64,000 nucleotides of DNA from NCBI GenBank assembly GCA_002070505.1, contig MWDJ01000003.1:14103-78102 (forward strand), written 5' to 3'. A program made the position numbers and the translations under genes. Position 1 is the first letter of the stretch. Each line of letters starts with the position of its first letter. This stretch comes from Bacteroidetes bacterium ADurb.Bin145. Its GTDB lineage: Bacteria > Bacteroidota > Bacteroidia > Bacteroidales > VadinHA17. The notes below the pieces were generated by a model. It made no database searches. It had not been told where the DNA came from and saw only the letters and a list, made by a program, of their open reading frames with translations. Positions 46,602 to 55,773 of this stretch are shown here, one piece after another.

Positions 46602-48050
46602 CTACTTGCAATACTCTTTAATTAATTCATCAGCATTAGTAAATCCCAAATTGCTCGCCTTACGCCAATCCAAACATGCCCCAACTATATCTTCAAGATA
46701 AAGTTTTGCAATCCCTCTATTAAAGTAAGCAACTGAAAGGTTCGTATTAATTTCAATTGCCTTGGTATAATCCAGAATTGCACCTTTTAAATCATCAATT
46801 TTATATTTAATTACTCCTCTGTTAAATAGTGCTTTTTCATCGTCAGGATTAATCGCTAAAGACTTGGTATAATCTAAAATTGCACCATTATAATCATTAA
46901 GTTTTTCTTTTGCTACCCCTCTATTATAATAGGAAAATGCGAAGTTTGGATTTATTTCTAATGCTTTAGTATAATCCAGAATTGCACCTTTAAAATCAGA
47001 AAGTTTATCTTTCGCAAGTCCTCTATTATAATATGATTGTCCATTTTCTGCATTAATTTCTATCGATTTTGAAAAATCTTCCAAGGCTGATTTATATTCC
47101 CCAATTTCATATTTTACAGTTCCTCTTTCAATATACACTAATTCAAGTTTTGGATTAATCTCTATTGTTTTTGTATAATCAAGAATTGCTCCTTTATAAT
47201 CTGCAAGCCTGTATTTTGCAAGTCCTCTATAATAAAAGGCTTCTTCACTGTTTGAATTATTTTCTATTACCTTATCAAAATCAATAATTGCCCCTTTGAA
47301 ATCATTATATCCATATTTAGACCTCCCTCTATTATAATATGCCACTGCAAGGTTAGGATTTATCTCTATCGCTTTATCAAAATCTGCAATCGAACCAATT
47401 CTATCGTTAAGTTTATCTTTAGCATTTCCTCTGTTAATATATGCTTGTGGAAGCAATGGATTAATCTCGATTGCATTGTTATAATCCAATAATGCACCTT
47501 TATAATCTTCAAGTTTATATTTCGCAAGTCCCCTATTGAAATAGGCTATCGCATCCTTCTTATCAATTTCAATTGCCGTGTCATAGTCTGCAATCGCTTT
47601 TTGATAGTTCCCAAGCCTATCTTGAGCGGTTCCTCTATTTACAAATGCTACTCCAAGTCTGGGATTTACCTTTACTGCAATATTATAATCAACCATTGCA
47701 CCTTCGGTATCATCAAGTTCATCTTTTGCAATTCCTCTGTTTGTATATGCTTCTGCAAAATTCGGATTTATTTCTATTGCTTGGTCAAAGTCTCGAATTG
47801 CTCCATAAAAATCATTAAGTTTTCCTTTGGAAAGTCCTCTATTATAATATGCTGCTGAATATGATGGATTAATTCCAATTGCTTTTGAATATTCTACTAT
47901 TGCTCCTTTATGGTCGCCAAGGTCATCCTTAGCAATCCCTCTATCAAAAAACTCAACTGCAGTCTGCCCTTGGCAAATAAAACCCAGAAATAGGCAGAGA
48001 AATATAATTAATAATGATTTCATTTTACCCATGCTAAAATTATTACCCAT
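46602..48050 (-). CDS. tetratricopeptide (TPR) repeat protein, secreted
   Basis: Signal peptide, then about 13 consecutive 34-aa repeats of the form A..YNRG.AK..L.DY.GAI.DY..AIEINP. Confidence 0.9.
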   Translation of the reverse strand: MGNNFSMGKMKSLLIIFLCLFLGFICQGQTAVEFFDRGIAKDDLGDHKGAIVEYSKAIGINPSYSAAYYNRGLSKGKLNDFYGAIRDFDQAIEINPNFAEAYTNRGIAKDELDDTEGAMVDYNIAVKVNPRLGVAFVNRGTAQDRLGNYQKAIADYDTAIEIDKKDAIAYFNRGLAKYKLEDYKGALLDYNNAIEINPLLPQAYINRGNAKDKLNDRIGSIADFDKAIEINPNLAVAYYNRGRSKYGYNDFKGAIIDFDKVIENNSNSEEAFYYRGLAKYRLADYKGAILDYTKTIEINPKLELVYIERGTVKYEIGEYKSALEDFSKSIEINAENGQSYYNRGLAKDKLSDFKGAILDYTKALEINPNFAFSYYNRGVAKEKLNDYNGAILDYTKSLAINPDDEKALFNRGVIKYKIDDLKGAILDYTKAIEINTNLSVAYFNRGIAKLYLEDIVGACLDWRKASNLGFTNADELIKEYCK

Positions 48051-48233
48051 ATGTTAATCTGTTTGAGATTATGATAATAAAGTTAAGAAAAAATAAATCA
48101 TTGAAAATAGTTCAAATATGGCGTAATTTAGTTGTGTGGCTCGCAGTTTCTTGGTGCTTTTTCTATTTAATACGGTTTCACATCGGAAACTGCTGACCAA
48201 CAGCGATATTTGACATTTTACAAGGCGACACAT

Positions 48234-48266
48234 CTTCCTTTTAGCACGAGGAAATGCAGCGAGACA
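48234..48266 (+). repeat. partial copy (inner hairpin plus conserved tail) of the structured element
   Basis: cttccttttagcacgaggaaatgcagcgagaca matches the interior of copy A (48341-48373) apart from two single-base indels. Confidence 0.6.
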
Positions 48267-48299
48267 TTTTTTATTCCACACTTGTGTTGCTTTAAAAAC

Positions 48300-48390
48300 A
48301 ATGGTTGAACGACCTATTTGAGGCAGTACTCACCTTATTACTTCCTTTAGCACGAGGAAAATGCAGCGAGACAACGAGTACTGCCTCTTT
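48300..48390 (+). ncRNA. unclassified structured element, copy A (strand assignment tentative)
   Basis: Conserved 5' block AATGGYTGAACGACCTATTT. Outer stem GAGGCAGTACTC (48320-48331) / GAGTACTGCCTC (48376-48387). Inner stem TTCCT/AGGAA around AGCACG. Conserved AATGCAGYGAGACAA. T-rich 3' tail. Confidence 0.5.
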
Positions 48391-48443
48391 CTTTTAATAA
48401 AAAACATTTATTTTATTACATTTGATATTAGATATTAAACAAG

Positions 48444-49097
48444 ATGAAAAAAGCAATATATATTCTGATAATCTTGGTTTTATTATCTATAATAATTATC
48501 CCATTTTTCTTTAACTCTGCCCAGAACAATAAAATTGTTGTAGCGGCGAATTTGGTTAGTGCATTAGCATCTTTAATCACTTTAGTGATTGCATTTCTTT
48601 TATTTGATAAATATGGCTTGAAAAAGGATTTTGTTAGAACCCAAACAGAAATAGTATTACAACAATTGGAGAGTATAAGAACTGCAGGTTTTATAATACG
48701 TTCAAAAAACAGTTTTTTACAATTCTTCCCTTCCAAAAACAGGATTGAAAGTTATGAAATGTTTTACTCTGAAAAGTTAATATTTAGCCAAAAATACTGG
48801 GAATATGTTAATCACATTTTCAAATTGTCGTCATCCATATATATGCCCAAAGAAATCGTTGAAAAAATAAATTTATTAAAACCTTCAATGATTGAGCATT
48901 TAAAATTAGAGGAAGTATCCAATTATTCAAAGGTTACATTTTGGGGCGATAAAATTGAAGACAACGACTTTGGAAAAATGAATGGAGAAGAAATTACTTT
49001 CCAGATATTTTACACATATTGGATTGATGTTATAGACGTTATAATTAGTTGGTTAAGCAGCAAAATAGATATTGATAAGTTAAATATTAAATTTTAA
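48444..49097 (+). CDS. hypothetical protein with two N-terminal TM helices
   Basis: IYILIILVLLSIIIIPFFF and VSALASLITLVIAFLLF. The remainder is unrecognised. Confidence 0.4.
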   Translation: MKKAIYILIILVLLSIIIIPFFFNSAQNNKIVVAANLVSALASLITLVIAFLLFDKYGLKKDFVRTQTEIVLQQLESIRTAGFIIRSKNSFLQFFPSKNRIESYEMFYSEKLIFSQKYWEYVNHIFKLSSSIYMPKEIVEKINLLKPSMIEHLKLEEVSNYSKVTFWGDKIEDNDFGKMNGEEITFQIFYTYWIDVIDVIISWLSSKIDIDKLNIKF

Positions 49098-49176
49098 TAA
49101 CTTCTTCAGTGAAATTATAACAATTTAAATATTTGTAAATGTGATTGTTGTTAATCAGTTCTAAATATTTTTTATC

Positions 49177-50064
49177 ATGATAGAGTGGTTAGTTACTATT
49201 GGGATTACGATAACCTGTGTTTTAATTTTTTCTCCTAAAAAGAATTCACACGTTTGGTTAGGTGCTCTTGTACCGTTAGGTTGTGCGATAATCTATGTAA
49301 TAGGTGTTTCTTTGCTAACTTCAGGCTACAAGGCTGGACTGGTAACTTCAAAGTTAATTTATCCAGTCGTGGTTTCTGGATGTGTAATATTCTTCCTTCT
49401 ACGAAAGAAGATGAAAAATAGCAGGATTGAAACATGGGTCTTTATAACTTCATTAATAATTCTCCTTTTGTTTGCCACACCCACTATCATAACATTTTTC
49501 TTAAAAAAAGACATAGACAAATCTTTGAAAATAATTAACACAGCATATAAGAATAATAATGTAAAATATGAAATCATTCCTGAAGTGAAAAAGCAGGATA
49601 TTGAAATCATTAATACTTTCAATAAACATGGACTTACTTTTCGTTACAATAATAAATGGGAAGTATCAGATTATATTGAAGCAGATGGACAACTTTTTAA
49701 GGTTGTTTGTGAAAATAAGACTGATGCCTTAGAGTTTTTAATCATAATGTGGATAAAAGTTGTTGCGAGTCCTGAAGAATTTATTGCAGGGATTATTGAG
49801 GAACTGAAGGCAACCGAAGACTACAAACATACAATGTTTATTAATATCCCTTCACTTGATGACAAAAGTTATAGTGCAACCTATAGTAACTTCCGACCAA
49901 CGAACATAAATGGTGAAGTCAAGGTATTGAGGGATTTTTATGGTGATATTGAATCATATAATAAAGGCAATATGACTGTTTTAACCATTAAGCAGTCATC
50001 AACAAAGGAAAATTTAAAAACATCATTCAGAACCATTGAGGATAATATGAAATTTGAAGACTAA
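49177..50064 (+). CDS. membrane protein (about four TM helices) with C-terminal soluble domain
   Basis: Hydrophobic N-terminal third. The C-terminal domain begins LTFRYNNKWEVSDY, loosely similar to the P..W motif domains of 50096 and 51877. Confidence 0.4.
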   Translation: MIEWLVTIGITITCVLIFSPKKNSHVWLGALVPLGCAIIYVIGVSLLTSGYKAGLVTSKLIYPVVVSGCVIFFLLRKKMKNSRIETWVFITSLIILLLFATPTIITFFLKKDIDKSLKIINTAYKNNNVKYEIIPEVKKQDIEIINTFNKHGLTFRYNNKWEVSDYIEADGQLFKVVCENKTDALEFLIIMWIKVVASPEEFIAGIIEELKATEDYKHTMFINIPSLDDKSYSATYSNFRPTNINGEVKVLRDFYGDIESYNKGNMTVLTIKQSSTKENLKTSFRTIEDNMKFED

Positions 50065-50095
50065 CCATGAAAAAAGTTGTAATTAAATAGAAAGC

Positions 50096-50722
50096 ATGAA
50101 CAATAATCAAAATGAAAAAAGTACAGATAAATTGAAACTTATTATTTTAATAATATCATCATCTATATTGTTTGTATTTGCTTGTTCTGCTCAAGAATGG
50201 AATAAATTTACTTGTGATGGAACAGGCAAATGTTCTGGATTGAGGTTTTCAATTAATTATCCAAAAAAATGGACAGTAAAAGATGGGAGCCGACCTCATA
50301 TTATTAAAAATTTCGAATTTGAAGAAGAAAGAGGTTTAGTAACAATGACCATTTATGTCAGAGAACTTGATTACATTCCAACTGAGGAAATGATAAATGA
50401 AACTTATAATAGAGAAACTTTTATTGAAAACTTCAATGGAGTTCAAATCTTGGAATTTAATGACAAGGCAGAAATTGATATGGAGAAATGTATTACTGCC
50501 ACACTGTTTACAAAGATGACAATTTATGACGAAGAAATAATTTCTTTAGTTAAGCCAAGTTTTGTTTTTTATGATAAATATCTACTTCAAGTAAATTTTT
50601 TCATTTTTAGTAATGACCAAAATCGTGAAACTATGAAGGATATGTTAAATAAATACAATCCAATCTTTAATGAGATTATGTATAGTTTGGCTTTATTATC
50701 AAAGTGGGAAAATACTAATTAA
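50096..50722 (+). CDS. secreted hypothetical protein, shares a domain with 51877..52758
   Basis: FSINYPKKWTVKDGSRPHIIKNFEFEE aligns with LKLRPPIGWQIEEGDRPNIVQKFLFKN, giving a shared P..W.....G.RP.I...F.F motif. Confidence 0.4.
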   Translation: MNNNQNEKSTDKLKLIILIISSSILFVFACSAQEWNKFTCDGTGKCSGLRFSINYPKKWTVKDGSRPHIIKNFEFEEERGLVTMTIYVRELDYIPTEEMINETYNRETFIENFNGVQILEFNDKAEIDMEKCITATLFTKMTIYDEEIISLVKPSFVFYDKYLLQVNFFIFSNDQNRETMKDMLNKYNPIFNEIMYSLALLSKWENTN

Positions 50723-50743
50723 AAATCATATAATAAATAACAC

Positions 50744-50950
50744 ATGAATTATAAAAAAATTCTTTTCAAAGTTATTGGAGCAACTATTTTCCTGCTTGGT
50801 GGATTAATCGGTGGTTTTTCCCAGACTGATGGGACATGGCTTTCAAAGAAGCCTTTCCTTTTTTTATTTCTTTCATTATTCATTATGGGCATTGGGATTA
50901 CAGTCTGGAAATCAAGTAAATCGTTAGGAGATTCTGATAAAATTGAATAA
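50744..50950 (+). CDS. small two-TM membrane protein
   Basis: VIGATIFLLGGLIGGF and FLFLFLSLFIMGIGITVW. Confidence 0.3.
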   Translation: MNYKKILFKVIGATIFLLGGLIGGFSQTDGTWLSKKPFLFLFLSLFIMGIGITVWKSSKSLGDSDKIE

Positions 50951-51079
50951 TCAATAAAAGACGGAATCGAGAAACTTAAATTCTTGAAACGATATTGATT
51001 CATTATTTCACTTAATCTGATAACGACACTTATCAAACCACTCCCTCCCATATCACCAACTTCTGAATTTAATAATGCA

Positions 51080-51880
51080 TCAATCATTCCATTTGGCGGC
51101 TACTTCTTCAAAAAGTGCATGTGAACTTTCAATAAATTCGTCCATAGTTTTGGCTTCATAAGTTGCAATTGCAGGAAACATTAATTTCCCTTCATTTTCA
51201 GGCGAATTTGCTAAATCATCCAGATTTAGGACATCATGTGCCAACTCATGGTAAATAAGATAATACCGCAGAGGCTTTTTAAACGCATTCCATGTTGAGG
51301 GGTTAATATATATTTCAATCTTATCGTCATCATTTATGCCGCAAGAAATGCCGTGAATATGAGTAGCATCGGTTATGTGGTCGAATTTTGCGAATTTTAT
51401 TATACTGGTAGTTGGCTTTTTCGGGAATATTCCATAAACAGCAATATCTCGATAAAATTTCTCAACATAAAAATTGAAATCCACATCTGCTTCATAAGCA
51501 CTTGATTTAATCTCTTGATAAAAATTGTATTGATTTTGTCGTTTGATAAAAAAGAAGACTATACACAGAGCAAGTATTGAAACAAATGCAATTAAAGCAC
51601 CTCGTTTCAGTTTTTTTCGATTTTTCGAGGGAGATAACTGAATATTCATCTCCTTGGTAATTTCCTCTTGCTTTTCAACTATTTCTTGATTGCTTTTTAG
51701 TTGGGGTGGCAGTGAGTTAGTGATGGCTTTCAACTCATCTAAGTCAGACAATTTTGTCCAATTCTCTAATCCAAAGTACCATACCTTTGTTTCCCTTGTA
51801 ATTTTCTGTTGTCTCAGTTCTTCAAATGTAAAGGGACCGTGCTTATCAACTCCATCAGTATAGAAGTACTTTTTCATCAA
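51080..51880 (-). CDS. GYF_2 (DUF4339) domain / TM / HExxH metallopeptidase-like protein
   Basis: KKYFYTDGVDKHGPFTFEELRQQKITRETKVWYFGLENWTKL (GYF_2), TM segment ALIAFVSILALCIVFFFI, and YHELAHDV (HExxH). Confidence 0.55.
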   Translation of the reverse strand: MMKKYFYTDGVDKHGPFTFEELRQQKITRETKVWYFGLENWTKLSDLDELKAITNSLPPQLKSNQEIVEKQEEITKEMNIQLSPSKNRKKLKRGALIAFVSILALCIVFFFIKRQNQYNFYQEIKSSAYEADVDFNFYVEKFYRDIAVYGIFPKKPTTSIIKFAKFDHITDATHIHGISCGINDDDKIEIYINPSTWNAFKKPLRYYLIYHELAHDVLNLDDLANSPENEGKLMFPAIATYEAKTMDEFIESSHALFEEVAAKWND

Positions 51881-52758
51881 TAGTCATATTGTTCTGGGAA
51901 AATTACTGAATAGGTAATTAAATCGTAAAGTTTTTCTAAAGCAGTAAACTCATTATTATCTAAACCACCACACTGAAGATATACAATTTTATCTTCGAAA
52001 AAAACCATCCAACATTTTTGTTTTATGCTCATTTTAATTCCTAACCGCTCCATTTCTCCTCTCATTGTGAATTCAAGAGATGGATACTTGTCAACACTCA
52101 CGACTCTATAATTAAGTAATTGTGGGTTGGTCAGCAAAGAACTCGCTTCAGATAAAAACTCATTGACATATTCATCATCAGATAGAATCTCACGAATCTC
52201 ATTTCTTGAAAAAAACATGATGTTATCTTTCACCATAATCATATAATTATTGTTCTTAAACAGGAACTTTTGCACAATATTTGGTCTGTCCCCTTCTTCA
52301 ATCTGCCATCCGATAGGTGGTCTGAGTTTTAAATTGACCCCTTTTGATTTTGGATGTCCATCTATGCTTATGTATTCTCCTAAATTGAAATTTAAATCGA
52401 CAAGTTCGTATGAATTAATACTTATTTTTTCACGAAGGCGATTCTCATAAAAATATTGGTATTCAACGTTTATGTCATTATTAAAATACATTTCAGAATA
52501 TCCTGATTTTTTAATATTTTCTATTAAATCGATTTTCATATTATTTGGAGCATACCAATCCTCGTTTACAAGATATTGGTAAACTAAAGTTCTGCCCAAA
52601 GCGTAACAACCCTTTACATTAATTCCATTTCCAAAATCCATGCCTTGCAATTCATTATTAATTTTTTGTGCCAATACTTTTATGTCATTATCTGATAATG
52701 ATTGTGGGTAACTAATCAAATTGAAGTAGAATAGTATGACGGGCAGGATTAATTTCAT
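51877..52758 (-). CDS. secreted hypothetical protein (paralogous domain to 50096..50722)
   Basis: Signal peptide and the shared P..W.....G.RP.I motif. A 4-bp ATGA overlap couples it to the downstream gene. Confidence 0.4.
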   Translation of the reverse strand: MKLILPVILFYFNLISYPQSLSDNDIKVLAQKINNELQGMDFGNGINVKGCYALGRTLVYQYLVNEDWYAPNNMKIDLIENIKKSGYSEMYFNNDINVEYQYFYENRLREKISINSYELVDLNFNLGEYISIDGHPKSKGVNLKLRPPIGWQIEEGDRPNIVQKFLFKNNNYMIMVKDNIMFFSRNEIREILSDDEYVNEFLSEASSLLTNPQLLNYRVVSVDKYPSLEFTMRGEMERLGIKMSIKQKCWMVFFEDKIVYLQCGGLDNNEFTALEKLYDLITYSVIFPEQYDY

Positions 52759-52776
52759 GAAGTATTTATTTTAACA

Positions 52777-53373
52777 TTAAATCCAAGGACTTCTTCCGTA
52801 TTTATTGCTGATACCTTCTTCTCCTTTCCCGAAAATCATTAAAATTGGGAAAAATGGTACTATCTGCCACCAACCATTAAACCCCATATCGTGACAGCGT
52901 TTAGCACCTTGCGCAAAAAAGAACCAATATAAGGGTATATAAGCAAGGAACAGCCATGATAAATCATAATTTTCTTCTATTAACACATTGATGATTAAAA
53001 TAAAGAATAATAGGATAATAAAACTTACTATATATTCCAATCGCCTTATTCGACCCTTGAATGAAAACGGATTAGATAACATACCTTGCCTTTTAAAACT
53101 TTCAGAACCCGTATTGTCATCGGTGACATTTACGTCACTAATTTTGTAATCCGATTGGGCATTTTCGCTTTTCATATCCAATTTTTCGGAAATAATAGGT
53201 GGTGGAATTAATTTAAGAATCTCTTCGAATTCTCCTATTTCTTTTGCTTGCTTCCAATCCTCAAGACCCTCAAACCATATTAAGGTATCTTTAGTTATGT
53301 TTTCATTTTTTAGTTCTTCGAAAGAAAATGGACCGAATTTGTCTTTGCCGTCCGAATAAAAATATTTTTTCAT
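52777..53373 (-). CDS. GYF_2 (DUF4339) plus DUF805 membrane protein
   Basis: KKYFYSDGKDKFGPFSFEELKNENITKDTLIWFEGLEDWKQAKEI (GYF_2). FSFKGRIRRLEYIVSF ... AKRCHDMGFNGWW ... NKYGRSP (DUF805 blocks). Confidence 0.65.
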   Translation of the reverse strand: MKKYFYSDGKDKFGPFSFEELKNENITKDTLIWFEGLEDWKQAKEIGEFEEILKLIPPPIISEKLDMKSENAQSDYKISDVNVTDDNTGSESFKRQGMLSNPFSFKGRIRRLEYIVSFIILLFFILIINVLIEENYDLSWLFLAYIPLYWFFFAQGAKRCHDMGFNGWWQIVPFFPILMIFGKGEEGISNKYGRSPWI

Positions 53374-53553
53374 GGTGTTTAAGTTTTACATATAACCAAT
53401 TAGTTCATAAACGGACAAATTATTTTCCGTACTCCAGAAAAATATTATCAAAAATATTTTTAAATATGATTTTTACTCATCTAAAGTTATACCTAATTGC
53501 TGGTAGAACCAAATTATTTTGTTTTTCACCTAATATTGTACTACTCTTAAAGG

Positions 53554-53640
53554 AATGGCTGAACGACCTATTTGAGGCAGTCCTTCATACCCACAGCAAG
53601 AGGGTTAATGCAGTGAGACAATTCGATAGGACTGCCTCTT
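53554..53640 (+). ncRNA. unclassified structured element, copy B (strand assignment tentative)
   Basis: Same 5' block (AATGGCTGAACGACCTATTT). Outer stem GAGGCAGTCCT (53574-53584) / AGGACTGCCTC (53628-53638). Inner stem ACCC/GGGT around AGCAAGA. Conserved AATGCAGTGAGACAA. Confidence 0.5.
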
Positions 53641-53889
53641 ACTTTATATCACAATCTTCATCACTCTTTCTACATGGGAGTTGTTAACTCGCCAAAATGG
53701 CGAGTCAAATTTTCATGAACTTACCTCTTCCCAAAAATGGGGAGTCTGATAATCTGTAGTTTGACTACACCATTATTAATCTCACCCCAAAGTATTTGAT
53801 TCGACTATTTGGATAAGTTGGTCAGGGTTTCAACGACAGCCAGTTACCAGAAATAGCCGTCATCCTCATATTCCCAAATTAGTATAAGA

Positions 53890-54279
53890 TTACTCCATCT
53901 CTTGTTCCCTGTCCAGTTCCAGCAATTCATTATCAGTATCTGGTTGATAATCCTTCGCCAAATCCAAGACATCTTTCCAGTTTACAATGAACAAGTCAGG
54001 CTGAGTATCGTGGATGTCCAGAGTGACCGTTGCAAGTTTGTTCGTTTCGGGGTCTATAAATTCCAATTGAATCTTACCATCCTTATAATCAAGGTCATGC
54101 AGTTTGTACAAACCGAATCCGTTACTGTTTACCACCAGATATCTTTCATCCTCAACAAATCCAAGATTGGGTTTTTCTCGGAAAAGAAAAATTTGAAGAT
54201 GCTTATAATCTCCTGATTCCAATTCACGTATCAGGTCATCAAAAGATGCAGGATAGTTTTTATTTGTGTCTTTTTGCAT
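53890..54279 (-). CDS. hypothetical acidic protein
   Basis: 129-aa ORF. No motif recognised. Confidence 0.35.
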   Translation of the reverse strand: MQKDTNKNYPASFDDLIRELESGDYKHLQIFLFREKPNLGFVEDERYLVVNSNGFGLYKLHDLDYKDGKIQLEFIDPETNKLATVTLDIHDTQPDLFIVNWKDVLDLAKDYQPDTDNELLELDREQEME

Positions 54280-54543
54280 ATTTATGTCATATTTAATATT
54301 TTCGATTTATTTATGAACGCATTTTTCGCTACTCATGTAAGTATTAAAGATGCTACAAACACACCTTTCTAATAAATACTATTAAATTGAAAAAATGTCC
54401 TATGACCGTCATTAGAGAGTTCATACTTTCTATTAGAGGCAGAATTTGTAACGGGACAGTTCGGTAGTACTACCTATATCGTTTATATTTCTCAAACCTT
54501 TCATTATCTTTGAGATAATTGAAACTTGTAAAAGGTAAATGAA

Positions 54544-55434
54544 ATGAATGATAATAAGATAGATAAGAAGGAGATAATTGAAGCAATTGAAGAATCAGGA
54601 TATTTAATTGAACAGAGAGTTGTACCTGTTTTTAATTCTTTTGGATTTTCTGTGAATTCAAATGAAATTTATACCGATTTTGAGACAAAAAAAACAAGGG
54701 AGATTGATATTGTTGCTTATGACCATCATCTTACAAATAATGATACTCTTATAGTTCCTAAACTATTAGTCGAATGTGAAAATAACAAGCAGCCTGTCGT
54801 TTTTTTTAAAGATACTCCATTAAACCCATTCATGTTTCATCTTGATGCAAAGATTTCTGGGATACCAAAATTCATTATAACATCCAAAGGAACAAGAAAG
54901 TCTTTTAATGATTTCATGAATTTGGAGATGAAACATCATTATTGTTGGGAGAGTTTTTCAACTCAATATTGTTCTTTTCAGATAACCGAAAAACGTGGTA
55001 TTAAAAAATGGATGGCATTGCATCCAGAAAACCAGCATAACACATTTGAAAATCTTATTAAATGTTTGGACTATAAAATAAATGAGCATGAGTCTTCTAT
55101 TCAGATAGTATCAGATAAGTATTCGGAAATCAACTTATACTATCCGATTATTGTATTTCAGGGCGATTTGTATGAATCTTATTTTAAAGATGGAGTTACT
55201 CATCTTGACGAAATAAATCATATTAAATACAGGAAGAAAGTCCCCAAAAAGGATTATGTAGATACTTACCACTTTGATATTGTAACTGAAAGATATCTCG
55301 ATGAATTCTTAAAATTGATGGATAAAGAAATTAAAACTATAGTATCAAAATTTGTAGGGATGCAACCAGATATTGAAAGAACTCTGAAAACCATTATATC
55401 TGAAAATCAGAATCCTAAGCGTAATAAACTTTAA
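54544..55434 (+). CDS. hypothetical protein with possible PD-(D/E)xK (restriction-endonuclease-like) N-terminal domain
   Basis: GYLIEQRV...TREIDIVAYD...KLLVECENNKQPVVFF gives an E / D / ExK-like spacing. Assignment rests on pattern only. Confidence 0.35.
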   Translation: MNDNKIDKKEIIEAIEESGYLIEQRVVPVFNSFGFSVNSNEIYTDFETKKTREIDIVAYDHHLTNNDTLIVPKLLVECENNKQPVVFFKDTPLNPFMFHLDAKISGIPKFIITSKGTRKSFNDFMNLEMKHHYCWESFSTQYCSFQITEKRGIKKWMALHPENQHNTFENLIKCLDYKINEHESSIQIVSDKYSEINLYYPIIVFQGDLYESYFKDGVTHLDEINHIKYRKKVPKKDYVDTYHFDIVTERYLDEFLKLMDKEIKTIVSKFVGMQPDIERTLKTIISENQNPKRNKL

Positions 55435-55479
55435 GAACCCGCATTAACACCATTCAAATACTTATTAAGCGAGTGATTC

Positions 55480-55773
55480 TCAGTTTAAAAAGTATTTCAT
55501 GGTATAGATTTCAATGAAATTCCCACTTTCTCTGTGTAATCCGTTTAAATACATTAAACACATTTCATCAAGTAATCGTCCCAATTCTTTCAAGTCGCTG
55601 GCACAAGCCTGAATTAAACCATCATTAACGGTGATTATGGAGTACAAATGTGGATTGCCGTTGGCATCTTGGCTTCTTATGAGATTGCCATAAAAACATT
55701 TGCCATCTGCTTCTGCCATGAACATTTCGGTAATCTGGATTCCATTATCCTTATTCTTATCTATTTTACTCAT
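55480..55773 (-). CDS. small hypothetical protein
   Basis: 97-aa ORF. No motif recognised. Confidence 0.3.
   Translation of the reverse strand: MSKIDKNKDNGIQITEMFMAEADGKCFYGNLIRSQDANGNPHLYSIITVNDGLIQACASDLKELGRLLDEMCLMYLNGLHRESGNFIEIYTMKYFLN

Noticed and set aside
48069-48281. The 70-aa minus-strand ORF upstream of the TPR gene.
   Set aside because: It overlaps the partial copy of the structured element, is Cys/Arg/Lys-rich with no motif, and is more likely non-coding leader sequence.
48300-48390. Integron attC site interpretation of the structured element. GTTGAAC in copy A matches GTTRRRY, and its complement matches RYYYAAC.
   Set aside because: The motif sits at the wrong end relative to the hairpin for an attC. 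Copy B has GCTGAAC instead. Surrounding genes are in mixed orientations, and no IntI-type integrase or attI is present.
48234-53640. Retron msr/msd or other reverse-transcriptase-associated ncRNA interpretation of the repeated element.
   Set aside because: No reverse transcriptase motif (YxDD context) occurs in any ORF of the window. The genes next to both copies are membrane or TPR proteins.
53690-53760. Two similar small hairpins (ACTCGCC-aaaat-GGCGAGT and CTTCCC-aaaaat-GGGGAG) downstream of element copy B.
   Set aside because: They are short, the second is imperfect, and they occur only here. They probably act as terminators for the minus-strand gene 53890..54279 or the element, which is not enough to call a separate feature.
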